Shown here piece after piece: positions 41,393-51,759 of a stretch of DNA of 64,000 nucleotides (position 1 is the stretch's first letter; each line of letters opens with the position of its first letter). Location of the stretch: positions 3,456,001 through 3,520,000 of the forward strand of contig OZ220741.1 in NCBI GenBank assembly GCA_965116885.1. The letters run 5' to 3'. Under the pieces are notes generated by a model, which searched no databases, was not told the DNA's origin, and saw only the letters and a list, made by a program, of their open reading frames with translations. The translations under genes and the position numbers were made by a program. Source of the DNA: Candidatus Latescibacterota bacterium (GTDB lineage: Bacteria; Latescibacterota; UBA2968).

Positions 41393-42505
41393 ATGTATCA
41401 ACGCATTACGACTTTTGCCATGATCGCCATCGCGCTGACGTTGGTCGCATTGTTTATCACAGGTAGGACACTGCCTTCAACTGCTGCGGCGTGTCCTGGG
41501 GATTTTGACGGCAATAGGCGCGTTAATATAGCCAATTTTCTGTTCTTTGTAGAGGTCTTTGGCACCAGTTCTGCGGATGCGAATTACAATGCACAGATGG
41601 ATTTTGACAGTAGTGGGCGCGTTGATATAGCCGATTTTCTGGCTTTTGTAGAGGTTTTTGGTACAGAGTGCGATGGTAGTAGTGATACAAATACAACGGG
41701 TTTATTTTCACAAACACTTTTCCATGATGGTATAACAAGAGAATATATCATATATGTGCCTGGCTCTTATGATGGAACTTCAAAAGTTCCACTGATGCTT
41801 AATTTTCACGGATATGGTGGGTTTGCAAACCAGTACTTAAAATATGCAGATATGCGGCCTCTGGCAGATATAGAAAATTTTATTCTGGTTTATCCCCAAG
41901 GTACCTTGCTGGGTGAATACCCGCACTGGAATGCTGGTTTAGAATCAGATGATAATAAAAGTGATGCGGATGACTTTGGCTTTGTGGAAGCATTAATTGA
42001 TGAAATTTGTTCCAGGTATAATATTGATTCGGCGAGAGTATATTCCTGTGGTTACTCAAATGGAGCTTTTTTTTCTTATGCACTTGCTTGCTATCACAGT
42101 GACAAAATAGCGGCCATAGGTTCTGTTGCTGGAACAATGATGGAGGAAACATATAATAACTGTAGGCCATCACACCCTACGGCTATGATAAATATTCACG
42201 GTACATCAGACTATGTTGTCCCTTATGGTGGGGGTAGTGCAGGGTTATTGTCAATTGATGAGGTGCTTGCTTATTGGATAGGGTTTAATAACGCCAGTAC
42301 TGCTCCGATCATAAATCGTATGAATGATAGTGGCGTAACAATAGAACGTTATTCCTATGCAGATGGAGACAACAGTACTTCTGTAGAGCATTACAAGGTT
42401 ATTGACGGAGGGCATGTCTGGTTTGATATTAGCTACGATGGCTCTAATACCAGTCGTTTGATCTGGAATTTTGTGTCGAGGTATGATATTCATGGAACGA
42501 ACTGA
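41393..42505 (+). CDS. Exported dockerin/EF-hand-like domain fused to a PHB-depolymerase/LpqC-like esterase
   Basis: Signal peptide; two DFDxxxRVxIAxFL repeats; then NFHGYGG, GYSNG nucleophile, HGTSD, GGHVW. Confidence 0.85.
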   Translation: MYQRITTFAMIAIALTLVALFITGRTLPSTAAACPGDFDGNRRVNIANFLFFVEVFGTSSADANYNAQMDFDSSGRVDIADFLAFVEVFGTECDGSSDTNTTGLFSQTLFHDGITREYIIYVPGSYDGTSKVPLMLNFHGYGGFANQYLKYADMRPLADIENFILVYPQGTLLGEYPHWNAGLESDDNKSDADDFGFVEALIDEICSRYNIDSARVYSCGYSNGAFFSYALACYHSDKIAAIGSVAGTMMEETYNNCRPSHPTAMINIHGTSDYVVPYGGGSAGLLSIDEVLAYWIGFNNASTAPIINRMNDSGVTIERYSYADGDNSTSVEHYKVIDGGHVWFDISYDGSNTSRLIWNFVSRYDIHGTN

Positions 42506-42584
42506 ATGCCCGAGAACAGCGGGAAATAACAGACCTTTTAACTAACCTGCCAGCAATCGCTGGCTCATAACCTGAGGACATATT

Positions 42585-43418
42585 ATGCAAGTGGGAATTA
42601 TGTCAGGTCAAATCGCTCGGCCGACCCTGGAGGAAACGCTCGACGCCATACTTGGGCACGACATCAGGCATCTTCAATTCAATTTGGGATCCCTGAATGT
42701 GGAGGGTTCGCTGTCTGATAAACTCGCAAAGGCACCTGTGGTTCGGGCGGAGATCGAAAAGCGCGGCATGGTCATCGCTGCCCTGGCTGGCACGGTCAAT
42801 ATGGTTCATCCCGATGAAGAAAAACGCCAGGAAGCCATCGAGCATCTCAAATTGCTTATCCCGGCGTGTGCCCCGATGGGTACCTCGGTGATTGCCACCT
42901 GTACCGGATCGCGCGATTCGGAGAGCATGTGGCACTGGCACCCGGATAACGATACAGAAGAAGCCTGGCAGGTGCTACGCAATACCCTGGAACAGGTACT
43001 GCCGGTTGCCGAAGCGGCTGGCGTGATCCTTGCGTTTGAACCAGAGATAAACAATGTCGCCAGCACAGTGCATAAGAGTCGGCAACTGATTGATGAAATG
43101 GGGTCACCCAACCTGAAAGTCGTGATGGATGCCGCCAATATTTTTGGCAAAGATGACCTGTCTCGCATGAAGGAGGTCTTAGACGAGGCTTTCGAGCTTT
43201 TGGGCGACCACATTGCCATGGCCCATGGCAAAGATCTGGATCGCGGTGGCGATGCAGGCCATCTCGCCGCAGGTACCGGCAAGCTCGATTACGCCCATTA
43301 TGTATCGTTGCTCTGTGCACTTCCCTTCGACGTGTCGGTCATTCTGCATGGCCTTTCCGAAGATCAGGTGGATGAAAGTGTTGCGATGCTCCGGGGTCAC
43401 GCTGCAGCATACCAGTAA
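42585..43418 (+). CDS. Sugar phosphate isomerase/epimerase (xylose-isomerase-like TIM barrel)
   Basis: LAFEPE, VVMDAAN, AHGKD, AGTGKLDY. Confidence 0.88.
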   Translation: MQVGIMSGQIARPTLEETLDAILGHDIRHLQFNLGSLNVEGSLSDKLAKAPVVRAEIEKRGMVIAALAGTVNMVHPDEEKRQEAIEHLKLLIPACAPMGTSVIATCTGSRDSESMWHWHPDNDTEEAWQVLRNTLEQVLPVAEAAGVILAFEPEINNVASTVHKSRQLIDEMGSPNLKVVMDAANIFGKDDLSRMKEVLDEAFELLGDHIAMAHGKDLDRGGDAGHLAAGTGKLDYAHYVSLLCALPFDVSVILHGLSEDQVDESVAMLRGHAAAYQ

Positions 43419-43430
43419 GGGATTGACGAT

Positions 43431-44633
43431 ATGAAAGCTAAAGTTGCCATTCTGGGCTGTGGAGGGGCGTCGCAAAAATGGCATTTGCCGACAATGCACA
43501 CGCTCGCCAAACACGGTGAACTCGATTTTGTCGCGCTCTGCGATATGGATAAGTCGTTAGCGAAACAGACCGGAGAAATCTACGGTGTTCCGTGGTACGC
43601 CAGTGTCGAGGAGATGCTGGAAAAACACCCGGATATCATGGCCGTAGATGTCATCGCTGGCGATCCCCTACACCATGTACTTGGCAGGCTGATCGCAGAG
43701 CACGGCAAACACGTCATGGTGGAAAAGCCGATGGCGCTGACCTTGCCCTGTTGCGACATTATCATCGATGCCTGCCGCCGTAACAGCGTGCATTTTGAGG
43801 TGGCAGAAAATTATTTTCGCATGCCGAAGCAGCGGATGATTATCAAGCTCATTGAAGAGGGGATTCTGGGCGATATCGTTCGCGTGTATTTCGTTGAGCC
43901 CAAGCGGCAGGATCCATTTGAGGCGACTGTTACGCACAGCGGTTTGGGCCGACCCATTTCGGGGTTTGGGCGCACTTCTGGCATGTGCATGGATATGGGG
44001 GCACATCGGTTGTCACAGTTGCGGTTGTACGCGCAAAGCGAGCCCCAGCAGATTACCGCGACGGTGAGAAAGTACCGGTCGGATCCCATGAGTATCCATG
44101 AGGACTGGGCGCATGCAATGATCGATTTTGAAAGCGGTGCAGTGGGTATTTATGAGACGTCGCGTCTTGGCGAGGCACAGAAATACTGCCAGATTATCGG
44201 TACTCTTGGCGGTATTCTCGATACCGACTATTTCGGCCCGGAGATCCCCCTGCGTTTGCGCATCGGCGAGGAGATGCAGGATATCCCTGTCGAGACCGAA
44301 CGCCGTCAAATTGATGGCGTGGATGTATTGCAGCGGATTGTCGTGCATACGGATCCTGAGATCGTCTATGAGAATCCGTTTCGGGACTATGCCATCGACG
44401 ATTGGTGTGTCGGTCACGCTTCCGAGATTATGAGCATCGCGAATGCAGCGCTCAACGACGAGCCTCCCGAATACGGTCTCGGCGGTCGGAAAGATGTTGA
44501 AATGGCCATGGCGATTTACGAATCGTCGCTCAACGGCATGACACCCATTAAGTTGCCCCTCGAGGGCGTGACCGCTTACGAGCAGATGGTACACGAGGAT
44601 TATCTCGAAAAGTTTGGCCGCCCCATTTTATGA
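43431..44633 (+). CDS. Gfo/Idh/MocA family oxidoreductase
   Basis: VAILGCGG, GKHVMVEKPMA, DMGAH. Confidence 0.92.
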   Translation: MKAKVAILGCGGASQKWHLPTMHTLAKHGELDFVALCDMDKSLAKQTGEIYGVPWYASVEEMLEKHPDIMAVDVIAGDPLHHVLGRLIAEHGKHVMVEKPMALTLPCCDIIIDACRRNSVHFEVAENYFRMPKQRMIIKLIEEGILGDIVRVYFVEPKRQDPFEATVTHSGLGRPISGFGRTSGMCMDMGAHRLSQLRLYAQSEPQQITATVRKYRSDPMSIHEDWAHAMIDFESGAVGIYETSRLGEAQKYCQIIGTLGGILDTDYFGPEIPLRLRIGEEMQDIPVETERRQIDGVDVLQRIVVHTDPEIVYENPFRDYAIDDWCVGHASEIMSIANAALNDEPPEYGLGGRKDVEMAMAIYESSLNGMTPIKLPLEGVTAYEQMVHEDYLEKFGRPIL

Positions 44634-44667
44634 GACAACCGTTAGAAACCAGGAAGGGAAAACAAAT

Positions 44668-46392
44668 ATGCAGGAAGACGACAGGCGGGAAATGGACGCG
44701 CTTTGGGGCGAAGATGTCATTGCACTGCGCGCTGAAAATGCAGAACGGGGTCAACTCTTTAATGATGGCAATTACGCGATGTTTATCCACTGGGGTCCGT
44801 ATGCTCAACTTGCCAACAAAGTCGATGGCAAAACGTACTACGGCATTGGCGAATGGATCATGAACCCGCGCATGGCCAATATTCCGGTCGAGGAATATAT
44901 GGAAATGGCGAAAACCTTTAATCCCGTCAATTTTGATGCAACAGAAATAGCACAACTGGCCAAAGACGCGGGGATGAAATACATCATTATCACCAGCAAG
45001 CACCACGATGGGTTTGCCATGTATCGCTCAGCCTGCAACGACTTTAACATTGGTGCTGTTACCCAATTTAATCGCGATCCCATGAAAGAACTCGCGGGGG
45101 CCTGCGAAAAACTCGGTCTCGGATTTGGTTTCTACTACTCTCACAATCAGGACTGGACTTTTCCAGGTGGTGCAAACGGTCCAGGCACAGATGCCGATGG
45201 CAACCCGGCTACCTTCGACGATTATTTTGTCAAAAAATGCCTGCCACAGGTCGAAGAAATCACCAGCCAGTACGGCCCTATAGAACTCATCTGGTTTGAC
45301 ACACCCGGACAAATGCCCAAAAAGTACATTGAGCAACTCATCGAAGTCGTGCGAAAAAATCAACCCAATGCACTCGTTTCGGGCCGCGCCGGGCACGGGC
45401 TGGGCGACTACAAGACGCTGGGGGATATGGATGTGCCAACCACCAATGTTGAAGGTATGTGGGAGAGCGTCGATACCACCAACGACTCCTGGGCTTTTGC
45501 CTGGTACGATGAATACTGGAAAACACCCGGAGAAATTCTTCGTCGCCTGATTTCCTGTGTTGCCAGAGGTGGCACTTACATGCTCAACATAGGTCCCCGC
45601 GGTGACGGTTCAATACCCGAAAGAGCAGCCCGCACTTTACGTGCTGCTGGCGAGTGGATCAAGCGCTATCCCCAGGTCGTCTATGGTACCGATGCATCAC
45701 CCTGGCAACATGCCCTGCCCTGGGGAGATGTGACGGTAAAAGACAACACGCTCTTTCTCAGCATTTTCAACTGGCCTGCCTCTGGCACGCTTTATCTGCC
45801 AGGCCTCAAAACAGAAATCGAATCTGCATCCCTCCTCGATGGCGATCAATCTATACCTTTTGAGAAAAAACACGGCTGGACCTGCTTTGAGCTATCGCCG
45901 CAGGCACCCGAAAATCTGGTTTCAGTCCTTGAAGTCAAACTCAAAGGTCCGCCGAAAGCTGATTCGACCTGGGCAATTGATCCCGAAATAGAGACCGAAA
46001 TTTTTTCAGAAGCTGCGGCCGTTGAAAATGCCACATTGGAAAATCAACGCTGGATGGAAAAATTTGGAGAATGGAAACACGTCAGCCGTGTCCATAAATG
46101 GACGCCTGAAGGCAAAGCGACCTGGACGGTCAACGTTCTTGCGCCTGGAGACTACATCGTAGATCTCACTTATTCAGGTGAAGGGCGTCTCGTCTGGGGG
46201 GTTGCTATTGAAAATGGTGAACACATTCAAAATCAGCAAAATTCGTCGCATAACTACCAGCGTTTTCCCATCGGCTGGATTAACTTTTCCGGGCCGGGTA
46301 CTTACAGAATCAGCGTTTCCTGTCTCGAAGGCGATTTGAGCGAAGCCAGTCTAAAATCGATTCACTTCACGCCTGTTCACGATATTCTCTAA
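44668..46392 (+). CDS. Alpha-L-fucosidase (GH29)
   Basis: MFIHWG, AGMKYIIITSKHHDGF, LIWFD nucleophile, LNIGP; start moved to ATG 44668. Confidence 0.92.
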   Translation: MQEDDRREMDALWGEDVIALRAENAERGQLFNDGNYAMFIHWGPYAQLANKVDGKTYYGIGEWIMNPRMANIPVEEYMEMAKTFNPVNFDATEIAQLAKDAGMKYIIITSKHHDGFAMYRSACNDFNIGAVTQFNRDPMKELAGACEKLGLGFGFYYSHNQDWTFPGGANGPGTDADGNPATFDDYFVKKCLPQVEEITSQYGPIELIWFDTPGQMPKKYIEQLIEVVRKNQPNALVSGRAGHGLGDYKTLGDMDVPTTNVEGMWESVDTTNDSWAFAWYDEYWKTPGEILRRLISCVARGGTYMLNIGPRGDGSIPERAARTLRAAGEWIKRYPQVVYGTDASPWQHALPWGDVTVKDNTLFLSIFNWPASGTLYLPGLKTEIESASLLDGDQSIPFEKKHGWTCFELSPQAPENLVSVLEVKLKGPPKADSTWAIDPEIETEIFSEAAAVENATLENQRWMEKFGEWKHVSRVHKWTPEGKATWTVNVLAPGDYIVDLTYSGEGRLVWGVAIENGEHIQNQQNSSHNYQRFPIGWINFSGPGTYRISVSCLEGDLSEASLKSIHFTPVHDIL

Positions 46393-46412
46393 ATCCATTA
46401 CAGGAGATACAG

Positions 46413-47876
46413 ATGACACAGGACTTCACAGAACAAAACAGATCTTTAACGCTCGGCAAAGGTGTCAATACCGATTTTACTGCGACCGAAGTAAATAAAG
46501 TCTCCTATGATAAAGGTTTTTATATTGCGTTCAAAGAAGCCGGATTTGATTCCGTCCGTTTCTTTATTAAACAAGGCTGGAATCCGGAGTTCTATAAACC
46601 GGTAGTTGACGATGCGTTGAAACTCGGCTTAAAAGTCGTCGTTGTTCCTTTTTCAATGTATTGTTGGGGAAAAGAAAGCCTTGTACAGTGGTGGGGTGAA
46701 GTTGCGGACTATTATAGAGACTATCCTGCTGAGTTGATTTTTGAAGCGTTTAACGAACCCAAAATGGCAGGCCACCCCGATGGAAAAGAAGCTGAAACCA
46801 TGGCATGGTATTCAGCGTGTATCCAGGAAATTCGCCGGTCAAATCCAACGAGGTTGATAGCAGTCGGAGGGCCGCATTTTAATGGCGTGCAGTTGCTCGC
46901 GAAATATGTAACACCGGAGTATCTTTCATATACGCTCCAGGATGGAACCGGTTTTGCCGATGACCCCAATATTTGGGGCGTTTTTCATTGTTATCACCCC
47001 AAACCTTTTACTCACGGTGCAATAGATCAGGATATCAACAAAGATCATCCAGGCTGGCGAGAAACCATCCTTGCAGATTTGGAGGAAGCAGACGCGTGGT
47101 CAAAAAAACACAACAAAAAGGTCTATCTCAGTGAATGGGGCGCACGTCTTAATCACAAAATAAAGCATGTGGAAGAATACACGGGCTTTATGGTACCTGA
47201 GCTTGCCAAAAAAAATATTGAGTGGTCGTACTACTGTGGTGTATTCAATAACGCCTGGCCCTACGGACTGTATAATTCAGAATGGGGATTTGCAGGTGTT
47301 GAAGGTGTGATAAAAAACCTGACCGGAAAAGAACCGCCAGCAGAAGTCCCGCCTACCAATCAGATCGTCAATACGGACTTTCAGCTCGATTTGGCAGACT
47401 GGAATTCATCCGAATATGCCATTATGGGGACTGCTGACGGACAAGGTGTAGATGGAACACGGGCCATCAGAGTGCACGTGCCTTTTACGTTTGACCCCGA
47501 CTTGGGGCGCGGGGTGATACCGTCGCTCTATCAGCAATACGAGCCGGACTGGAAGTTTCGCGTAAGGGGAAAGGTACAGGCAAATAAGTACACTATCCAA
47601 CTCCGGGAAAGCAGCATATACCGGATCTCGTTTTACGCGAGATGCGAAGTCGGTACTGCGCGGTTGCACATTCAGCTCGGTCACGCTCCCGAAAATGACC
47701 CCGTCATCTGGACCTCTGAAGAAATAACTGTAGATAGCAAACTGAAAAAATACGAACTCGAGTACGAACATGCCGTCCAATCGGTCAGAAACGTCCGCTT
47801 CTCTTTTATCTTCATTGACCGTCATTCAGAGATCGTTCTCGACCAGATTGAACTGCGCGGCCGAAGACCTGCATAA
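46413..47876 (+). CDS. GH5-type glycoside hydrolase with C-terminal carbohydrate-binding (CBM4/9-like) module
   Basis: AGFDSVR, FEAFNEP acid/base, FHCYHP..FTH, YLSEWG nucleophile; then NQIVNTDF..YRISFYAR. Confidence 0.82.
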   Translation: MTQDFTEQNRSLTLGKGVNTDFTATEVNKVSYDKGFYIAFKEAGFDSVRFFIKQGWNPEFYKPVVDDALKLGLKVVVVPFSMYCWGKESLVQWWGEVADYYRDYPAELIFEAFNEPKMAGHPDGKEAETMAWYSACIQEIRRSNPTRLIAVGGPHFNGVQLLAKYVTPEYLSYTLQDGTGFADDPNIWGVFHCYHPKPFTHGAIDQDINKDHPGWRETILADLEEADAWSKKHNKKVYLSEWGARLNHKIKHVEEYTGFMVPELAKKNIEWSYYCGVFNNAWPYGLYNSEWGFAGVEGVIKNLTGKEPPAEVPPTNQIVNTDFQLDLADWNSSEYAIMGTADGQGVDGTRAIRVHVPFTFDPDLGRGVIPSLYQQYEPDWKFRVRGKVQANKYTIQLRESSIYRISFYARCEVGTARLHIQLGHAPENDPVIWTSEEITVDSKLKKYELEYEHAVQSVRNVRFSFIFIDRHSEIVLDQIELRGRRPA

Positions 47877-47894
47877 GCAGAGGAGGCGGTTTTT

Positions 47895-49322
47895 ATGTCA
47901 ACTTTAGAAAAAACCAATATCGTTTTTATTCTCGCCGATGACATGGCTGTTTGGGCGGCGGGTTGTTATGGCAATGCAGAAATTCGAACGCCAAACCTCG
48001 ACCGCATGGCGGCAACAGGCGTGCGGTTTGAGAATTTCTTTGTGACGATTCCGGTGTGTTCGGCCAGCCGGGCTTCTTTTTTGACTGGGCGGATTCCGTC
48101 TCAGCACGGCGTTCACGATTTTATTGCGGGTCAGGTCAATTTTGGGACTACAGGACAGAGTTTTCTCGACAATGAAGTTTGTTACACAAATATTTTGGCT
48201 GACAATGGGTGGGCCTGTGGTCTGTCGGGCAAATGGCATTTGGGCAATTCGTCTCTTCCGCAATGTGGATTTTCTCACTGGTTTGCGCATCCGGGTGGGG
48301 CGGGCGTTTATAATGATCAGGAAATGATACGCGATGGTGTGACAGAGGTTGTGCCCGGTTATGTGACGCATGTGATTACGGATGATGCGCTTGAATATAT
48401 CGATGTTCACGCAGAAGATGAAAATCCATTTTATCTGAGTGTTCATTATACTGCGCCACACGCGCCGTGGATCGGTCATCCTCAGGATATTGTGGATTCT
48501 TATGATGACTGTGCGTTTGAGACCTGCCCCCAGGAACCACTCCATCCCTGGGCAAAGGTGCCTGAGGATGATGCAGATCTGCCAGCCCGGTCAATGAGAG
48601 GGCTGAGCAATAATCTGGGGCAGCGCGAAAGTTTGAAGGGATATTTTGCGGCGGTGACTGCGATGGATCTGGATGTGGGACGGATTTTGGACAAGCTGGA
48701 AGAAAAGGGTTTGCGCGAAAATACGCTTGTGGTGTTTACTTCTGACAATGGGTATTCGTGCGGACAACATGGGTTTTGGGGTAAAGGCAATGGAACTGAT
48801 CCGGTGAATATGTATGAGAATTCGATTGTGGTGCCTTTTTTGGCTACGCACCCGGGTGTGATTCCAGAAGGCACGGTGCAATCGGCGATGGCTTCGGCTT
48901 ATGATATTTTGCCCACGCTTTTGGACTATGTTGATCTTCCGCTTCCCGAGACGAATTTGCCAGGACAATCGCTGGTTCCAGTGTTGAAAAATGAGTGTGC
49001 AAAAGGTCATGACAGTGTTGTCATTTACGATGAATATGGTTATTGCAGGATGATTCGGACCGCCGAGTGGAAATACATCCATCGTTATCCAGATGGACCA
49101 AATGAGCTTTACGATGTTGTGAATGACCCCGATGATCGCAACAATTTAATTGATGACCCGGCACAGGCGGATCGCGGGAAAGATCTCAAAGGAGCGATGG
49201 AAACGTGGTTTGAGAAATACGCGATTCCAGACGTCGATGGCCGCATATACAATGTGAAGGGTTCTGGTCAGTTGCGGCCTGTGGGTAGAAAATGGGAAGA
49301 TGGAAAAGAACCTTTTGCATAG
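47895..49322 (+). CDS. Sulfatase (CxAxR variant)
   Basis: IVFILADD, PVCSASRASFLTG, SGKWHLG, APHAPW, SDNG. Confidence 0.92.
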   Translation: MSTLEKTNIVFILADDMAVWAAGCYGNAEIRTPNLDRMAATGVRFENFFVTIPVCSASRASFLTGRIPSQHGVHDFIAGQVNFGTTGQSFLDNEVCYTNILADNGWACGLSGKWHLGNSSLPQCGFSHWFAHPGGAGVYNDQEMIRDGVTEVVPGYVTHVITDDALEYIDVHAEDENPFYLSVHYTAPHAPWIGHPQDIVDSYDDCAFETCPQEPLHPWAKVPEDDADLPARSMRGLSNNLGQRESLKGYFAAVTAMDLDVGRILDKLEEKGLRENTLVVFTSDNGYSCGQHGFWGKGNGTDPVNMYENSIVVPFLATHPGVIPEGTVQSAMASAYDILPTLLDYVDLPLPETNLPGQSLVPVLKNECAKGHDSVVIYDEYGYCRMIRTAEWKYIHRYPDGPNELYDVVNDPDDRNNLIDDPAQADRGKDLKGAMETWFEKYAIPDVDGRIYNVKGSGQLRPVGRKWEDGKEPFA

Positions 49323-49347
49323 GCTGTAATCAGGATACCAGTGAGAA

Positions 49348-50574
49348 ATGAGTGAGATTGCGTTCAGGCGAGCGATGGTGGGGGATGTGGAGGCGGTCCT
49401 TCGCGTAATGGGGCAGGCGTTTGGGAGGGCGCCGGGATCGGAGAAGTACGAGCGCGACAAGGAGAGAATTGCGAGGGAGACTGACGCGCATTGGGTGCTT
49501 GTGCGAGAGGGGGAGATCGTCGGGGCGGCGCATGTTCGGCGGGAGGAGATTCAGGTGGGGCAGGCGGTCGTGGCCAAGGCGGATGTGGGGGAGGTGTGTA
49601 TCGCGCCGAGTTGTCAGGGGGAGGGGCACGGGACGGCGTTGATGAAGATGGTGGTGGGGCAGTTGAGGGCGGATGGGTATCCCCTGTCGCGGTTGGGGGG
49701 GTATCGGCGGTTCTACGAGCGGTTCGGGTGGGTGCCGTTTCCGCGGGGCTATATCGACTTCGCGCTGCGGGGGTTGACGTCGCGGGGCGGGTTCACCGAT
49801 CCGGTGAGCTATCTGGATCGGCCAGAGGAGGATGCGCGGATCCGGGCGTACGACGGACGTCGGGATGCGGCGGCGTGCGAGGCGCTTTACGCGGCGTTTA
49901 ATGCGGGGCGGACAGGGGCTGAGCCAGCGCGGTCATTTGGGGAAGGCGCAGGGAATCCGTGGCGGGTAGTGTACGAGGTGGGCGGCGCGGTCCGGGCCTA
50001 TGTTTTTGCGTCACAGAACGCGCCGCCTTATACGCGGTTTTCGTCGGCGGTGTCGATCTCCGACGGGGCGTGCGATCCGGGTGATACGCGACCGCTTGGC
50101 GCAACGCTGCGATACGTTCTGCGTCAGGCGGCGATCGCGGGGGCGGAATCGGTCAGGGCGCGGCTGCCGCTGGATCCGTCGCTCTACGATCTGTATCGGG
50201 ATTCGAGCTGCGGGTTCGTGCCTTCGCTCTGGCAGTCGTCGGAAGGCGGGAACATGCTGCAGGTGCTGAGTCTGAGGGGGCTGCTTGAGGCGATTGCGCC
50301 GGAACTGACGGCGCGGCTGCGGACGGCGGAACAGGCGACGGGCGAGGTCGGTCTTCGCGTGCGGGGGGAGACGGTTGGATTGGCGTGGGATGGGGAACGG
50401 TTGACGGTGGGAGAAGGAAAAGGGGATTGGGTGGCGCTCGGGCAGGATGGGATGATGAAGATGGTGCTGGGGTTGGTGCCGGTGGAGCAGGTCGTGGTAG
50501 GAGAGCGGGAGGATGTGGCTATGCTGAGGGCGGCGTTTCCGGTGCAGGGGACGGCGACGGGGGTTTGGGGGTGA
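49348..50574 (+). CDS. Eis-like GNAT acetyltransferase
   Basis: VGEVCIAPSCQGEGHG, FYERFGW; tandem GNAT plus C-terminal SCP2-like layout; strongly G-rich coding strand. Confidence 0.75.
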   Translation: MSEIAFRRAMVGDVEAVLRVMGQAFGRAPGSEKYERDKERIARETDAHWVLVREGEIVGAAHVRREEIQVGQAVVAKADVGEVCIAPSCQGEGHGTALMKMVVGQLRADGYPLSRLGGYRRFYERFGWVPFPRGYIDFALRGLTSRGGFTDPVSYLDRPEEDARIRAYDGRRDAAACEALYAAFNAGRTGAEPARSFGEGAGNPWRVVYEVGGAVRAYVFASQNAPPYTRFSSAVSISDGACDPGDTRPLGATLRYVLRQAAIAGAESVRARLPLDPSLYDLYRDSSCGFVPSLWQSSEGGNMLQVLSLRGLLEAIAPELTARLRTAEQATGEVGLRVRGETVGLAWDGERLTVGEGKGDWVALGQDGMMKMVLGLVPVEQVVVGEREDVAMLRAAFPVQGTATGVWG

Positions 50575-50629
50575 ATCCGATACAGGGAAAGCGCCCCAGA
50601 TACACAACATCACCAAATGGGAGATCATC

Positions 50630-51502
50630 GTGTCATCAAATATCCACTTTGCTATGGGCGGCGCCATTTTCGGAGCCTTTACTACTGAATCCGTGGGACT
50701 GATTGCTAAGCACGGTCTGCCGGGCGTCGAACCTTACCGCAGTGGCCTGATCGCCTGGCTCGACGATCCGCAAGCGCTGAAGGCCCTCCTCGACGAGCGC
50801 GGTATTCGGCTCATTACCGCTTCGAACGGCGGGCCTGGTCAGTCGGTGGAATTTATCAATCGGTCAAAGCGTCGTGAAACAATCGCCGATCACGTCGCTT
50901 TCTGCCGCGATTTCCTGAAGGTCTTCGGCTGTACGCACTTCAAGATCAACATGGGGAGCCGCCCGCAGAATGGAACAACTGCGGATGATATCAAAGCGAT
51001 CTCGGAGACTGTGTCCGAACTCGGCAAGCGAACGCTTGAGATGGGTGTGACGATCGCGCCCCACCCGCATATCTGGGGGCCGATCGAGCGGCCAGAGGAA
51101 GTTCGCGCCCTTCTCGATCAGACCGACCCAGATGTCGTATCCTGGATTCCCGATACCGCACAGCTCAACCTCGGAGGAGGCGACCCCGTTCAGCTCATCG
51201 ATGATTATTACGACCGACTGGCTGCCGTCCACTGGAAGGATTCGAAGGCGTCCTATCGCGGTTATACTGGCCCGACACCGACGAAGGAGATGCACGCGGA
51301 GGAAATTCTGTACAAAGATCTGGGATCCGGCGGCGTCGATCACCCTGCGATTTGGGCCATGCTGAATGAGCGAGGCTACGACGGATGGATCACGCTTGAT
51401 CTCGATCCCCCGCGTCCAAACGAAGGCGAAGGTTCAGTTGACGACAAAATTGAGATTAACTGCAAGTATCTGACAGAGACATTGAAAGTTTCCCACCTTT
51501 AG
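50630..51502 (+). CDS. Sugar phosphate isomerase / IolE-like TIM-barrel protein
   Basis: HPHIWGPIE, PDTAQL..GGDP, VHWKD, LGSGGVD, GYDGWITL; GTG start with GGAG RBS. Confidence 0.82.
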   Translation: MSSNIHFAMGGAIFGAFTTESVGLIAKHGLPGVEPYRSGLIAWLDDPQALKALLDERGIRLITASNGGPGQSVEFINRSKRRETIADHVAFCRDFLKVFGCTHFKINMGSRPQNGTTADDIKAISETVSELGKRTLEMGVTIAPHPHIWGPIERPEEVRALLDQTDPDVVSWIPDTAQLNLGGGDPVQLIDDYYDRLAAVHWKDSKASYRGYTGPTPTKEMHAEEILYKDLGSGGVDHPAIWAMLNERGYDGWITLDLDPPRPNEGEGSVDDKIEINCKYLTETLKVSHL

Positions 51503-51724
51503 CGTGTCAATCCCGGTATTTGGCTTGTTTTGTTATCCCTTTTATCCTTACCTGAAAAGCCCGTAAAGCCCAACAGCTTCAGCGTTGGGATATAAGGGCT
51601 TAGAATTTATGGGGTGGCTTTAGCATGTGGGTACAATCCTCAAGGGATTGTGGGCGGTGGAGCGGTGTACAAGTGCGCCAGCACTTCATCGACTAAAATC
51701 ATCCGTTCACTGACCACATAAAAC

Positions 51725-51753
51725 TTGCATAAGATACTGTTTTTGTGTATATT
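51725..51753 (+). promoter_or_regulatory. tnpB promoter (probably leaderless)
   Basis: TTGCAT-17 bp-TATATT, ending 6 nt before ATG 51760; no SD sequence. Confidence 0.6.
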
Positions 51754-51759
51754 TACACT

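Noticed and set aside
51600..51724. tnpA remnant or group I intron (IStron) in the IS left region
   Set aside because: No HUH motif found in translation, and the region is too short for a group I intron core.
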